DNA of 64,000 nt from Balanoglossus misakiensis. Lineage: Eukaryota; Animalia; Hemichordata. Positions 26,512 through 39,969 of this stretch are shown here, piece by piece (the stretch's first letter is position 1; the number at the start of each line of letters is the position of its first letter). Under the pieces are notes generated by a model. That model had not been told where the DNA came from. It ran no database searches and was given only the letters and a program-made list of their open reading frames with translations. Position numbers and translations under genes: made by a program. The stretch lies in assembly GCA_040954595.2 (NCBI GenBank), contig CM082587.2, positions 10,297,403 through 10,361,402 of the forward strand. The letters run 5' to 3'.

Positions 26512-27703
26512 AAACACTGCTTGAATTTCTACAATTATTAAGCAAACGGAAGCTTCACTAACACATAGGCGTACACACAGAGCACGCGGCACGATAATTG
26601 TGTGCGTGGCCAGCTGATTGACCGGCCCTATCTTATAATTTATATGGGAGAGAGCGGTTTTGTCTTGTTATATCCTACAAAAAGTGACCATATTAAAGTG
26701 GAGAAATAATGACCTGATAATTTGTGTGGCCGATCGACCGTCCCTATCTAAGGCCTATATTGGTATGTTATGCAAGACACACTATTCGAAATAACGCCTG
26801 TCCGACAGTCCGAGACTGGTTGTTTTTCCATCAGACTGATAGTAAAAAAGTTACCAGTCCGGCGGACAGGTTGAATTTAGCGTGGAGTTGACTTGTTTGC
26901 GGTATCATAGATGTACGTGACCCCATCGTGACCCTGGCTGTCCGGGATAGCACCACCAACGATATCTTTTAGACCATCCTCTGTTTATTAGGCCCCTATT
27001 GCAATTAATTACCGTCCCTATCTTATATTGGAGGGAACGGGTTTGTCTTGGCATGTTATGCAAAACACTTGAAAGATGAATTTTTTTTTTTAAATGACGT
27101 TTATGACATACAGATTTAACCGACCCCATAAGGTCCCGATGGTATATTAACATCATACACCAAATTGGACTTAAAAACCAAAAATTGAAAGCCGCGGGAG
27201 TTTCTGCGACTATTTACCCAAACGAAGCTTTAGCCTAGTACTAACACACGCAAACAGCACGAGAGCGAACGGTTTTGTTTTGCTATGTTCTGCAAAAAAA
27301 AAAAAAACTTGAATGATCGTGGAATTGAGGTAGTTATAGAAATCATGAATTTAAAGAAAGAAAGAAGTTGATGTATATGACGACAATTAATAAATAGACT
27401 ATTTAGGCCTAATAGGAAAGTTTAAAAACAATGTAATGAAGACTGCTTGAATTTCTGCGACAATGAACTCAACGTTAGCTGGACACTACTCACTCCGAGC
27501 CCGACCTGGTAATTTGTATGTTGTCCATCGAGCGCCTATAGCTTAGACCTATACAGGAGAGAACGGTTTATGAATTTATGTTCAACAAACATATATGATC
27601 ATGGAATTAAAGAATTTGGAGAAAAAAAATAATTAAAAATGGACGTTTACGACGACAAAAAGGAAGACTGTTTAATGCAAAAGTTAAGAAAAAGGAAAAA
27701 TTC

Positions 27704-27823
27704 AAGCCTACGGCACGTGGTATTCCCAGGCGGTCACCCATCCAAGTACTAAGCACGCCCAACGCAGCTTAACTTCGGTGATCGGACGAGAACCGGTGTA
27801 TTCGACGTGGTATGGCCGTAGGC
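27704..27823 (-). rRNA. 5S rRNA (C71)
   Basis: 120-nt copy on minus strand. Confidence 0.95.
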
Positions 27824-29011
27824 AAACACTGCTTGAATTTCTACGATTATTAAGCAAACGGAAGCTTCACTAACACATAGGCGTACACACAGAGCACGCG
27901 GCACGATAATTGTGTGCGTGGCCAGCTGATTGACCGACCCGATCTTATAATTTATATGGGAGAGAGCGGTTTTGTCTTGTTATATCCTACAAAAAGTGAC
28001 CATATTAAAGTGGAGAAATAATGACCTGATAATTTGTGTGGCCGATCGACCGTCCCTATCTAAGGCCTATATTGGTATGTTATGCAAGACACACTATTCG
28101 AAATAACGCCTGTCCGACAGTCCGAGACTGGTTGTTTTTCCATCAGACTGATAGTAAAAAAGTTACCAGTCCGGCGGACAGGTTGAATTTAGCGTGGAGT
28201 TGACTTGTTTGCGGTATCATAGATGTACGTGACCCCATCGTGACCCTGGCTGTCCGGGATAGCACCACCAACGATATCTTTTAGACCATCCTCTGTTTAT
28301 TAGGCCCCTATTGCAATTAATTACCGTCCCTATCTTATATTGGAGGAAACGGGTTTGTCTTGGCATGTTATGCAAAACACTTGAAAGATGATTTTTTTTT
28401 TAAATGACGTTTATGACATACAGATTTAACCGACCCCATAAGGTCCCAATGGTATATTAACATCATACACCAAATTGGACTTAAAAACCAAAAATTGAAA
28501 GCCGCGGGAGTTTCTGCGACTATTTACCCAAACGAAGCTTTAGCCTAGTACTAACACACGCAAACAGCACGAGTGCGAACGGTTTTGTTTTGCTATGTTC
28601 TGCAAAAAAAAAAAACTTGAATGATCGTGGAATTGAGGTAGTTATAGAAATCATGAATTTAAAGAAAGAAAGAAGTTGATGTATATGACGACAAATAATA
28701 AATAGACTATTTAGGCCTAATAGGAAAGTTTAAAAACATTGTAATAAAGACTGCTTGAATTTCTGCGACAATGAACTCAACGTAAGCTGGACACTACTCA
28801 CTCCGAGCCCGACCTGGTAATTTGTATGTTGTCCATCGAGCGCCTATAGCTTAGACCTATACAGGAGAGAACGGTTTATGAATTTATGTTCAACAAACAT
28901 ATATGATCATGGAATTAAAGAATTTGGAGAAAAAAAATAATTAAAAATGGACGTTTACGACGACAAAAAGGAAGACTGTTTAATGCAAAAGTTAAGAAAA
29001 AGGAAAAATTC

Positions 29012-29131
29012 AAGCCTACGGCACGTGGTATTCCCAGGCGGTCACCCATCCAAGTACTAACCACGTCCAACGCAGCTTAACTTCGGTGATCGGACGAGAA
29101 CCGGTGTATTCGACGTGGTATGGCCGTAGGC
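29012..29131 (-). rRNA. 5S rRNA (G66A)
   Basis: 120-nt copy on minus strand. Confidence 0.94.
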
Positions 29132-30324
29132 AAACACTGCTTGAATTTCTACGATTATTAAGCAAACGGAAGCTTCACTAACACATAGGCGTACACACAG
29201 AGCACGCGGCACGATAATTGTGTGCGTGGCCAGCTGATTGACCGACCCTATCTTATAATTTATATGGGAGAGAGCGGTTTTGTCTTGTTATATCCTACAA
29301 AAAGTGACCATATTAAAGTGGAGAAATAATGACCTGATAATTTGTGTGGCCGATCGACCGTCCCTATCTAAGGCCTATATTGGTATGTTATGCAAGACAC
29401 ACTATTCCAAATAACGCCTGTCCGACAGTCCGAGACTGGTTGTTTTTCCATCAGACTGATAGTAAAAAAGTTACCAGTCCGGCGGACAGGTTGACTTTAG
29501 CGTGGAGTTGACTTGTTTGCGGTATCATAGACGTACGTGACCCCATCGTGACCCTGGCTGTCCGGGATAGCACCACCAACGATATCTTTTAGACCATCCT
29601 TTGTTTATTAGGCCCCTAATGCAATTAATTACCGTCCCTATCTTATATTGGAGGGAACTGGTTTGTCTTGGCATGTTATGCAAAACACTTGAAAGATGAT
29701 TTTTTTAAAAAAAAAATGACGTTTATGACATACAGATGTAACCGACCCCATAAGGTCCCAATGGTATATTAACATCATACACCAAATTGGACTTAAAAAC
29801 CAAAAATTGAAAGCCGCTGGAGTTTCTGCGACTATTTACCCAAACGAAGCTTTAGCCTAGTACTAACACACGCAAACAGCACGAGAGCGAACGGTTTTGT
29901 TTTGCTATGTTCTGCAAAAAAAAAAAACTTGAATGATCATGGAATTGAGGTAGTTATAGAAATCATGAATTTAAAGAAAGAAAGAAGTTGATGTATATGA
30001 CGACAAATAATAAATAGACTATTTAGGCCTAATAGGAAAGTTTAAAAACAATGTAATGAAGACTGCTTGAATTTCTGCGACAATGAACTCAACGTAAGCT
30101 GGACACTACTCACTCCGAGCCCGACCTGGTAATTTGTATGTTGTCCATCGAGCGCCTATAGCTTAGACCTATATAGGAGAGAACGGTTTATGAAGTTATG
30201 TTCAACAAAAATATATAACCATGGAATTAAAGAATTTGGAGAAAAAACAATAATTAAAAATGGACGTTTACGACGACAAAAAGGAAGACTGTTTAATGCA
30301 AAAGTTAAGAAAAAGGAAAAATTC

Positions 30325-30444
30325 AAGGCTACGGCACGTGGTATTCCCAGGCGGTCACCCATCCAAGTACTAAGCACGCCCAACGCAGCTTAACTTCGGT
30401 GATCGGACGAGAACCGGTGTATTCGACGTGGTATGGCCGTAGGC
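30325..30444 (-). rRNA. 5S rRNA (C71, G117C)
   Basis: 120-nt copy on minus strand. Confidence 0.93.
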
Positions 30445-30746
30445 AAACACTGCTTGAATTTCTACGATTATTAAGCAAACGGAAGCTTCACTACCACATA
30501 GGCGTACACACAGAGCACGCGGCACGATAATTGTGTGCGTGGCCAGCTGATTGACCGACCCTATCTTATAATTTATATGGGAGAGAGCGGTTTTGTCTTG
30601 TTATATCCTACAAAAAGTGACCATATTAAAGTGGAGAAATAATGACCTGATAATTTGTGTGGCCGATCGACCGTCCCTATCTAAGGCCTATATTGGTATG
30701 TTATGCAAGACACACTATTCGAAATAACGCCTGTCCGACAGTCCGA

Positions 30747-31085
30747 TTTTAAGATTTTTTTCCCAAATAAACTTCTAACACTTGAGATAAAATATTATCT
30801 ATACTACATAGAATTTTTTTATTTTCAGAAAGAAATAGTTAATTTTGTAAAACTTTTTTTAAGTAACATTACTTTTCGCGGGTGAAAATTGTATTTTACA
30901 GATGTAAATATATTTTAATATAATTTCTAGTTACACAACTTATGGGGGCGCTCTTTCTATTGCTACTGACAAACTTTTTCATGGGGGCGCTATTATTTTT
31001 TTCAAGTGCTACTTTGTAACTTTTTAGGGAACAGTGAAACTTTTTTTTCGACAAGCACAAATATTTTTTTAACGGCGGCGGAAGT
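30747..31085. other. 339-bp non-array AT-rich filler at the head-to-head inversion junction
   Basis: No similarity to the 5S unit; flanked by oppositely oriented spacers; contains ATGGGGGCGCT twice. Confidence 0.85.
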
Positions 31086-31355
31086 TGTGTCTTGCATAAC
31101 ATACCAATATAGGCCTTACATAGGGACGGTCGATCGGCCACACAAATTATCAGGTCATTATTTCTCCACTTTAATATGGTCACTTTTTGTAGGATATAAC
31201 AAGACAAAACCGCTCTCTCCCATATAAATTATAAGATAGGGTCGGTCAATCAGCTGGCCACGCACACAATTATCGTGCTGCGTGCTCTGTGTGTACGCCT
31301 ATGTGTTAGTGAAGCTTCCGTTTGCTTAATAATTGTAGAAATTCAAGCAGTGTTT

Positions 31356-31475
31356 GCCTACGGCCATACCATGTCGAATACACCGGTTCTCGTCCGATCA
31401 CCGAAGTAAAGCTGCGTTGGGCGTGGTTAGTACTTGCATGGGTGACCGCCTGGGAACACCACGTGCCGTAGGCTT
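31356..31475 (+). rRNA. 5S rRNA, damaged (C17T, T53A, G82C, T102C)
   Basis: 120-nt copy. Confidence 0.9.
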
Positions 31476-32422
31476 GAATTTTTCCTTTTTCTTAACTTTT
31501 GCATTAAACAGTCTTCCTTTTTGTCGTCGTAAACGTCCATTTTTAATTATATTTTTTTTCTCCAAATTCTTTAATTCCATGATCATATATTTTTGTTGAA
31601 CATAACTTCATAAACCGTTCTCTCCTGTATAGGTCTAAGCTATAGGCGCTCGATGGACAACATACAAATTACCAGGTCGGGCTCGGAGTGAGTAGTGTCC
31701 AGCTTACGTTGAGTTCATAGTCGCAGAAACTCCAGCGGCTTTCATTTTTTGGTTTTTAAGTCCAATTTGGTGTATGATGTAAATATATATCATTGGGACC
31801 TTATGGGGTCGGTTACATCTGTATGTCATAAACGTCATTTTTTTTTTTTTAAATTCATCTTTCAAGTGTTTTGCATAACATGCCAAGACAAACCCGTTCC
31901 CTCCAATATAAGATAGGGACGGTAATTAATTGCAATAGGGGGCTAATAAACAGAGGATGGTCTAAAAGATATCGTTGGTGGTGCTATCCCGGACAGCCAG
32001 GGTCACGATGAGGTCACGTACGTCTATGATACCGCAAACAAGTCAACTCCACGCTAAATTCAACCTGTCCGCCGGACTGGTAACTTTTTTACTATCAGTC
32101 TGATGGAAAAACAACCAGTCTTGGACTGTCGGACAGGCGTTATTTCCAATAGTGTGTCTGGCATAACATACCAATATAGGCCTTAGATAGGGACGGTCGA
32201 TCGGCCACACAAATTATCAGGTCATTATTTCTCCACTTTAATATGGTCACTTTTTGTAGGATATAACAAGACAAAACCGCTCTCTCCCATATAAATTATA
32301 AGATAGGGTCGGTCAATCAGCTGGCCACGCACACAATTATCGTGCCGCGTGCTCTGTGTGTACGCCTATGTGTTAGTGAAGCTTCCGTTCGCTTAATAAT
32401 TGTAGAAATTCAAGCAGTGTTT

Positions 32423-32542
32423 GCCTACGGCCATACCACGTCGAATACACCGGTTCTCGTCCGATCACCGAAGTTAAGCTGCGTTGGGCGTGGTTAGTAC
32501 TTGGATGGGTGACCGCCTGGGAATACCACGTGCCGTAGGCTT
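32423..32542 (+). rRNA. 5S rRNA (consensus)
   Basis: 120-nt copy. Confidence 0.96.
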
Positions 32543-34108
32543 GAATTTTTCCTTTTTCTTAACTTTTGCATTAAACAGTCTTCCTTTTTGTCGTCGTAAA
32601 CGTCCATTTTTAATTATATTTTTTTTCTCCAAATTCTTTAATTCCATGATCATATATTTTTGTTGAACATAACTTCATAAACCGTTCTCTCCTGTATAGG
32701 TCTAAGCTATAGGCGCTCGATGGACAACATACAAATTACCAGGTCGGGCTCGGAGTGAGTAGTGTCCAGCTTACGTGAGTTCATAGTCGCAGAAACTCCA
32801 GCGGCTTTCAATTTTTGGTTTTTAAGTCCAATTTGGTGTATGATGTAAATATATATCATTGGGACCTTATGGGGTCAGTTACATCTGTATGTCATAAACG
32901 TCATTTTTTTTAAAAAAAAATCATCTTTCAAGTGTTTTGCATAACATGCCAAGACAAACCCGTTCCCTCCAATATAAGATAGGGACGGTAATTAATTGCA
33001 ATAGGGGGCTAATAAACAGAGGATGGTCTAAAAGATATCGTTGGTGGTGCTATCCCGGACAGCCAGGGTCACGATGGGGTCACGTACGTCTATGATACCG
33101 CAAACAAGTCAACTCCACGCTAAATTCAACCTGTCCGCCGGACTGGTAACTTTTTTACTATCAGTCTGATGGAAAAACAACCAGTCTCGGACTGTCGGAC
33201 AGGCGTTATTTCGAATAGTGTGTCTTGCATAACATACCAATATAGGCCTTAGATAGGGACGGTCGATCGGCCACACAAATTATCAGGTCATTATTTCTCC
33301 ACTTTAATATGGTCACTTTTTGTAGGATATAACAAGACAAAACCGCTCTCTCCCATATAAATTATATGGTCAATCAGCTGGCCACGCACACAATTATCGT
33401 GCCGCGTGCTCTGTGTGTACGCCTATGTGTTAGTGAAGCTTCCGTTTGATTAATAATTGTAGAAATTCAAGCACTTGAAAGATGATTTTTTTTTTTTTAA
33501 ATGACGTTTATGACATACAGATTTAACCGACCCCATAAGGTCCCAATGGTATATTAACATCATACACCAAATTGGACTTAAAAACCAAAAATTGAAAGCC
33601 GCGGGAGTTTCTGCGACTATTTACCCAAACGAAGCTTTAGCCTAGTACTAACACACGCAAACAGCACGAGTGCGAACGGTTTTGTTTTGCTATGTTCTGC
33701 AAAAAAAAAAAACTTGAATGATCGTGGAATTGAGGTAGTTATAGAAATCATGAATTTAAAGAAAGAAAGAAGTTGATGTATATGACGACAAATAATAAAT
33801 AGACTATTTAGGCCTAATAGGAAAGTTTAAAAACATTGTAATAAAGACTGCTTGAATTTCTGCGACAATGAACTCAACGTAAGCTGGACACTACTCACTC
33901 CGAGCCCGACCTGGTAATTTGTATGTTGTCCATCGAGCGCCTATAGCTTAGACCTATACAGGAGAGAACGGTTTATGAATTTATGTTCAACAAACATATA
34001 TGATCATGGAATTAAAGAATTTGGAGAAAAAAAATAATTAAAAATGGACGTTTACGACGACAAAAAGGAAGACTGTTTAATGCAAAAGTTAAGAAAAAGG
34101 AAAAATTC

Positions 34109-34228
34109 AAGCCTACGGCACGTGGTATTCCCAGGCGGTCACCCATCCAAGTACTAACCACGTCCAACGCAGCTTAACTTCGGTGATCGGACGAGAACCG
34201 GTGTATTCGACGTGGTATGGCCGTAGGC
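34109..34228 (-). rRNA. 5S rRNA (G66A)
   Basis: Duplicate of the 29012 copy. Confidence 0.94.
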
Positions 34229-35421
34229 AAACACTGCTTGAATTTCTACGATTATTAAGCAAACGGAAGCTTCACTAACACATAGGCGTACACACAGAGC
34301 ACGCGGCACGATAATTGTGTGCGTGGCCAGCTGATTGACCGACCCTATCTTATAATTTATATGGGAGAGAGCGGTTTTGTCTTGTTATATCCTACAAAAA
34401 GTGACCATATTAAAGTGGAGAAATAATGACCTGATAATTTGTGTGGCCGATCGACCGTCCCTATCTAAGGCCTATATTGGTATGTTATGCAAGACACACT
34501 ATTCCAAATAACGCCTGTCCGACAGTCCGAGACTGGTTGTTTTTCCATCAGACTGATAGTAAAAAAGTTACCAGTCCGGCGGACAGGTTGACTTTAGCGT
34601 GGAGTTGACTTGTTTGCGGTATCATAGACGTACGTGACCCCATCGTGACCCTGGCTGTCCGGGATAGCACCACCAACGATATCTTTTAGACCATCCTTTG
34701 TTTATTAGGCCCCTAATGCAATTAATTACCGTCCCTATCTTATATTGGAGGGAACTGGTTTGTCTTGGCATGTTATGCAAAACACTTGAAAGATGATTTT
34801 TTTAAAAAAAAAATGACGTTTATGACATACAGATGTAACCGACCCCATAAGGTCCCAATGGTATATTAACATCATACACCAAATTGGACTTAAAAACCAA
34901 AAATTGAAAGCCGCTGGAGTTTCTGCGACTATTTACCCAAACGAAGCTTTAGCCTAGTACTAACACACGCAAACAGCACGAGAGCGAACGGTTTTGTTTT
35001 GCTATGTTCTGCAAAAAAAAAAAACTTGAATGATCATGGAATTGAGGTAGTTATAGAAATCATGAATTTAAAGAAAGAAAGAAGTTGATGTATATGACGA
35101 CAAATAATAAATAGACTATTTAGGCCTAATAGGAAAGTTTAAAAACAATGTAATGAAGACTGCTTGAATTTCTGCGACAATGAACTCAACGTAAGCTGGA
35201 CACTACTCACTCCGAGCCCGACCTGGTAATTTGTATGTTGTCCATCGAGCGCCTATAGCTTAGACCTATATAGGAGAGAACGGTTTATGAAGTTATGTTC
35301 AACAAAAATATATAACCATGGAATTAAAGAATTTGGAGAAAAAACAATAATTAAAAATGGACGTTTACGACGACAAAAAGGAAGACTGTTTAATGCAAAA
35401 GTTAAGAAAAAGGAAAAATTC

Positions 35422-35541
35422 AAGGCTACGGCACGTGGTATTCCCAGGCGGTCACCCATCCAAGTACTAAGCACGCCCAACGCAGCTTAACTTCGGTGAT
35501 CGGACGAGAACCGGTGTATTCGACGTGGTATGGCCGTAGGC
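35422..35541 (-). rRNA. 5S rRNA (C71, G117C)
   Basis: Duplicate of the 30325 copy. Confidence 0.93.
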
Positions 35542-35609
35542 AAACACTGCTTGAATTTCTACGAATTTCTTCCGTTTGCTTAATAATTGTAGAAATTCAA
35601 GCAGTGTTT

Positions 35610-35729
35610 GCCTACGGCCATACCATGTCGAATACACCGGTTCTCGTCCGATCACCGAAGTAAAGCTGCGTTGGGCGTGGTTAGTACTTGCATGGGTGAC
35701 CGCCTGGGAACACCACGTGCCGTAGGCTT
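35610..35729 (+). rRNA. 5S rRNA, damaged (C17T, T53A, G82C, T102C)
   Basis: Duplicate of the 31356 copy. Confidence 0.9.
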
Positions 35730-36676
35730 GAATTTTTCCTTTTTCTTAACTTTTGCATTAAACAGTCTTCCTTTTTGTCGTCGTAAACGTCCATTTTTAA
35801 TTATATTTTTTTTCTCCAAATTCTTTAATTCCATGATCATATATTTTTGTTGAACATAACTTCATAAACCGTTCTCTCCTGTATAGGTCTAAGCTATAGG
35901 CGCTCGATGGACAACATACAAATTACCAGGTCGGGCTCGGAGTGAGTAGTGTCCAGCTTACGTTGAGTTCATAGTCGCAGAAACTCCAGCGGCTTTCATT
36001 TTTTGGTTTTTAAGTCCAATTTGGTGTATGATGTAAATATATATCATTGGGACCTTATGGGGTCGGTTACATCTGTATGTCATAAACGTCATTTTTTTTT
36101 TTTAAAATTCATCTTTCAAGTGTTTTGCATAACATGCCAAGACAAACCCGTTCCCTCCAATATAAGATAGGGACGGTAATTAATTGCAATAGGGGGCTAA
36201 TAAACAGAGGATGGTCTAAAAGATATCGTTGGTGGTGCTATCCCGGACAGCCAGGGTCACGATGAGGTCACGTACGTCTATGATACCGCAAACAAGTCAA
36301 CTCCACGCTAAATTCAACCTGTCCGCCGGACTGGTAACTTTTTTACTATCAGTCTGATGGAAAAACAACCAGTCTTGGACTGTCGGACAGGCGTTATTTC
36401 CAATAGTGTGTCTGGCATAACATACCAATATAGGCCTTAGATAGGGACGGTCGATCGGCCACACAAATTATCAGGTCATTATTTCTCCACTTTAATATGG
36501 TCACTTTTTGTAGGATATAACAAGACAAAACCGCTCTCTCCCATATAAATTATAAGATAGGGTCGGTCAATCAGCTGGCCACGCACACAATTATCGTGCC
36601 GCGTGCTCTGTGTGTACGCCTATGTGTTAGTGAAGCTTCCGTTCGCTTAATAATTGTAGAAATTCAAGCAGTGTTT

Positions 36677-36796
36677 GCCTACGGCCATACCACGTCGAAT
36701 ACACCGGTTCTCGTCCGATCACCGAAGTTAAGCTGCGTTGGGCGTGGTTAGTACTTGGATGGGTGACCGCCTGGGAATACCACGTGCCGTAGGCTT
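36677..36796 (+). rRNA. 5S rRNA (consensus)
   Basis: 120-nt copy. Confidence 0.96.
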
Positions 36797-37733
36797 GAAT
36801 TTTTCCTTTTTCTTAACTTTTGCATTAAACAGTCTTCCTTTTTGTCGTCGTAAACGTCCATTTTTAATTATATTTTTTTTCTCCAAATTCTTTAATTCCA
36901 TGATCATATATTTTTGTTGAACATAACTTCATAAACCGTTCTCTCCTGTATAGGTCTAAGCTATAGGCGCTCGATGGACAACATACAAATTACCAGGTCG
37001 GGCTCGGAGTGAGTAGTGTCCAGCTTACGTGAGTTCATAGTCGCAGAAACTCCAGCGGCTTTCAATTTTTGGTTTTTAAGTCCAATTTGGTGTATGATGT
37101 AAATATATATCATTGGGACCTTATGGGGTCAGTTACATCTGTATGTCATAAACGTCATTTTTTTTAAAAAAAAATCATCTTTCAAGTGTTTTGCATAACA
37201 TGCCAAGACAAACCCGTTCCCTCCAATATAAGATAGGGACGGTAATTAATTGCAATAGGGGGCTAATAAACAGAGGATGGTCTAAAAGATATCGTTGGTG
37301 GTGCTATCCCGGACAGCCAGGGTCACGATGGGGTCACGTACGTCTATGATACCGCAAACAAGTCAACTCCACGCTAAATTCAACCTGTCCGCCGGACTGG
37401 TAACTTTTTTACTATCAGTCTGATGGAAAAACAACCAGTCTCGGACTGTCGGACAGGCGTTATTTCGAATAGTGTGTCTTGCATAACATACCAATATAGG
37501 CCTTAGATAGGGACGGTCGATCGGCCACACAAATTATCAGGTCATTATTTCTCCACTTTAATATGGTCACTTTTTGTAGGATATAACAAGACAAAACCGC
37601 TCTCTCCCATATAAATTATATGGTCAATCAGCTGGCCACGCACACAATTATCGTGCCGCGTGCTCTGTGTGTACGCCTATGTGTTAGTGAAGCTTCCGTT
37701 TGATTAATAATTGTAGAAATTCAAGCAGTGTTT

Positions 37734-37853
37734 GCCTACGGCCATACCACGTCGAATACACCGGTTCTCGTCCGATCACCGAAGTTAACCTGCGTTGGGC
37801 GTGGTTAGTACTTGGATGGGTGACCGCCTGGGAATACCACGTGCCGTAGGCTT
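37734..37853 (+). rRNA. 5S rRNA (G56C)
   Basis: 120-nt copy. Confidence 0.94.
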
Positions 37854-38791
37854 GAATTTTTCCTTTTTCTTAACTTTTGCATTAAACAGTCTTCCTTTTT
37901 GTCGTCGTAAACGTCCATTTTTAATTATATTTTTTTTCTCCAAATTCTTTAATTCCATGATCATATATTTTTGTTGAACATAACTTCATAAACCGTTCTC
38001 TCCTGTATAATTCTAAGCTATAGGCGCTCGATGGACAACATACAAATTACCAGGTCGGGCTCGGAGTGAGTAGTGTCCAGCTTACGTTGAGTTCATAGTC
38101 GCAGAAACTCCAGCGGCTTTCAATTTTTGGTTTTTAAGTCCAATTTGGTGTATGATGTAAATATATATCATTGGGACCTTATGGGGTCAGTTACATCTGT
38201 ATGTCATAAACGTCATTTTTAAAAAAAAAAAATCATCTTTCAAGTGTTTTGCATAACATGCCAAGACAAACCCGTTCCCTCCAATATAAGATAGGGACGG
38301 TAATTAATTGCAATAGGGGGCTAATAAACAGAGGATGGTCTAAAAGATATCGTTGGTGGTGCTATCCCGGACAGCCAGGGTCACGATGGGGTCACGTACG
38401 TCTATGATACCGCAAACAAGTCAACTCCACGCTAAATTCAACCTGTCCGCCGGACTGGTAACTTTTTTACTATCAGTCTGATGGAAAAACAACCAGTCTC
38501 GGACTGTCGGACAGGCGTTATTTGGAATAGTGTGTCTTGCATAACATACCAATATAGGCCTTAGATAGGGACGGTCGATCGGCCACACAAATTATCAGGT
38601 CATTATTTCTCCACTTTAATATGGTCACTTTTTGTAGGATATAACAAGACAAAACCGCTCTCTCCCATATAAATTATATGGTCAATCAGCTGGCCACGCA
38701 CACAATTATCGTGCCGCGTGCTCTGTGTGTACGCCTATGTGTTAGTGAAGCTTACGTTTGCTTAATAATTGTAGAAATTCAAGCAGTGTTT

Positions 38792-38911
38792 GCCTACGGC
38801 CATGCCACGTCGAATACACCGGTTCTCGTCCGATCACCGAAGTTAAGCTGCGTTGGGCGTGGTTAGTACTTGGATGGGTGACCGCCTGGGAATACCACGT
38901 GCCGTAGGCTT
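38792..38911 (+). rRNA. 5S rRNA (A13G)
   Basis: 120-nt copy. Confidence 0.94.
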
Positions 38912-39849
38912 GAATTTTTCCTTTTTCTTAACTTTTGCATTAAACAGTCTTCCTTTTTGTCGTCGTAAACGTCCATTTTTAATTATATTTTTTTTCTCCA
39001 AATTCTCTAATTCCATGATCATATATTTTTGTTGAACATAACTTCATAAACCGTTCTCTCCTGTATAGGTCTAAGCTATAGGCGCTCGATGGACAACATA
39101 CAAATTACCAGGTCGGGCTCGGAGTGAGTAGTGTCCAGCTTACGTTGAGTTCATAGTCGCAGAAACTCCAGCGGCTTTCAATTTTTGGTTTTTAAGTCCA
39201 ATTTGGTGTATGATGTAAATATATATCATTGGGACCTTATGGGGTCAGTTACATCTGTATGTCATAAACGTCATTTTTAAAAAAAAAAAATCATCTTTCA
39301 AGTGTTTTGCATAACATGCCAAGACAAACCCGTTCCCTCCAATATAAGATAGGGACGGTAATTAATTGCAATAGGGGGCTAATAAACAGAGGATGGTCTA
39401 AAAGATATCGTTGGTGGTGCTATCCCGGACAGCCAGGGTCACGATGGGGTCACGTACGTCTATGATACCGCAAACAAGTCAACTCCACGCTAAATTCAAC
39501 CTGTCCGCCGGACTGGTAACTTTTTTACTATCAGTCTGATGGAAAAACAACCAGTCTCGGACTGTCGGACAGGCGTTATTTGGAATAGTGTGTCTTGCAT
39601 AACATACCAATATAGGCCTTAGATAGGGACGGTCGATCGGCCACACAAATTATCAGGTCATTATTTCTCCACTTTAATATGGTCACTTTTTGTAGGATAT
39701 AACAAGACAAAACCGCTCTCTCCCATATAAATTATATGGTCAATCAGCTGGCCACGCACACAATTATCGTGCCGCGTGCTCTGTGTGTACGCCTATGTGT
39801 TAGTGAAGCTTACGTTTGCTTAATAATTGTAGAAATTCAAGCAGTGTTT

Positions 39850-39969
39850 GCCTACGGCCATACCACGTCGAATACACCGGTTCTCGTCCGATCACCGAAG
39901 TTAAGCTGCGTTGGGCGTGGTTAGTACTTGGATGGGTGACCGCCTGGGAATACCACGTGCCGTAGGCTT
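39850..39969 (+). rRNA. 5S rRNA (consensus)
   Basis: 120-nt copy. Confidence 0.96.

Noticed and set aside
30941-30992. CTCF insulator pair (ATGGGGGCGCT twice)
   Set aside because: Only the 3' half of the motif matches; such motifs are common in TE ends.
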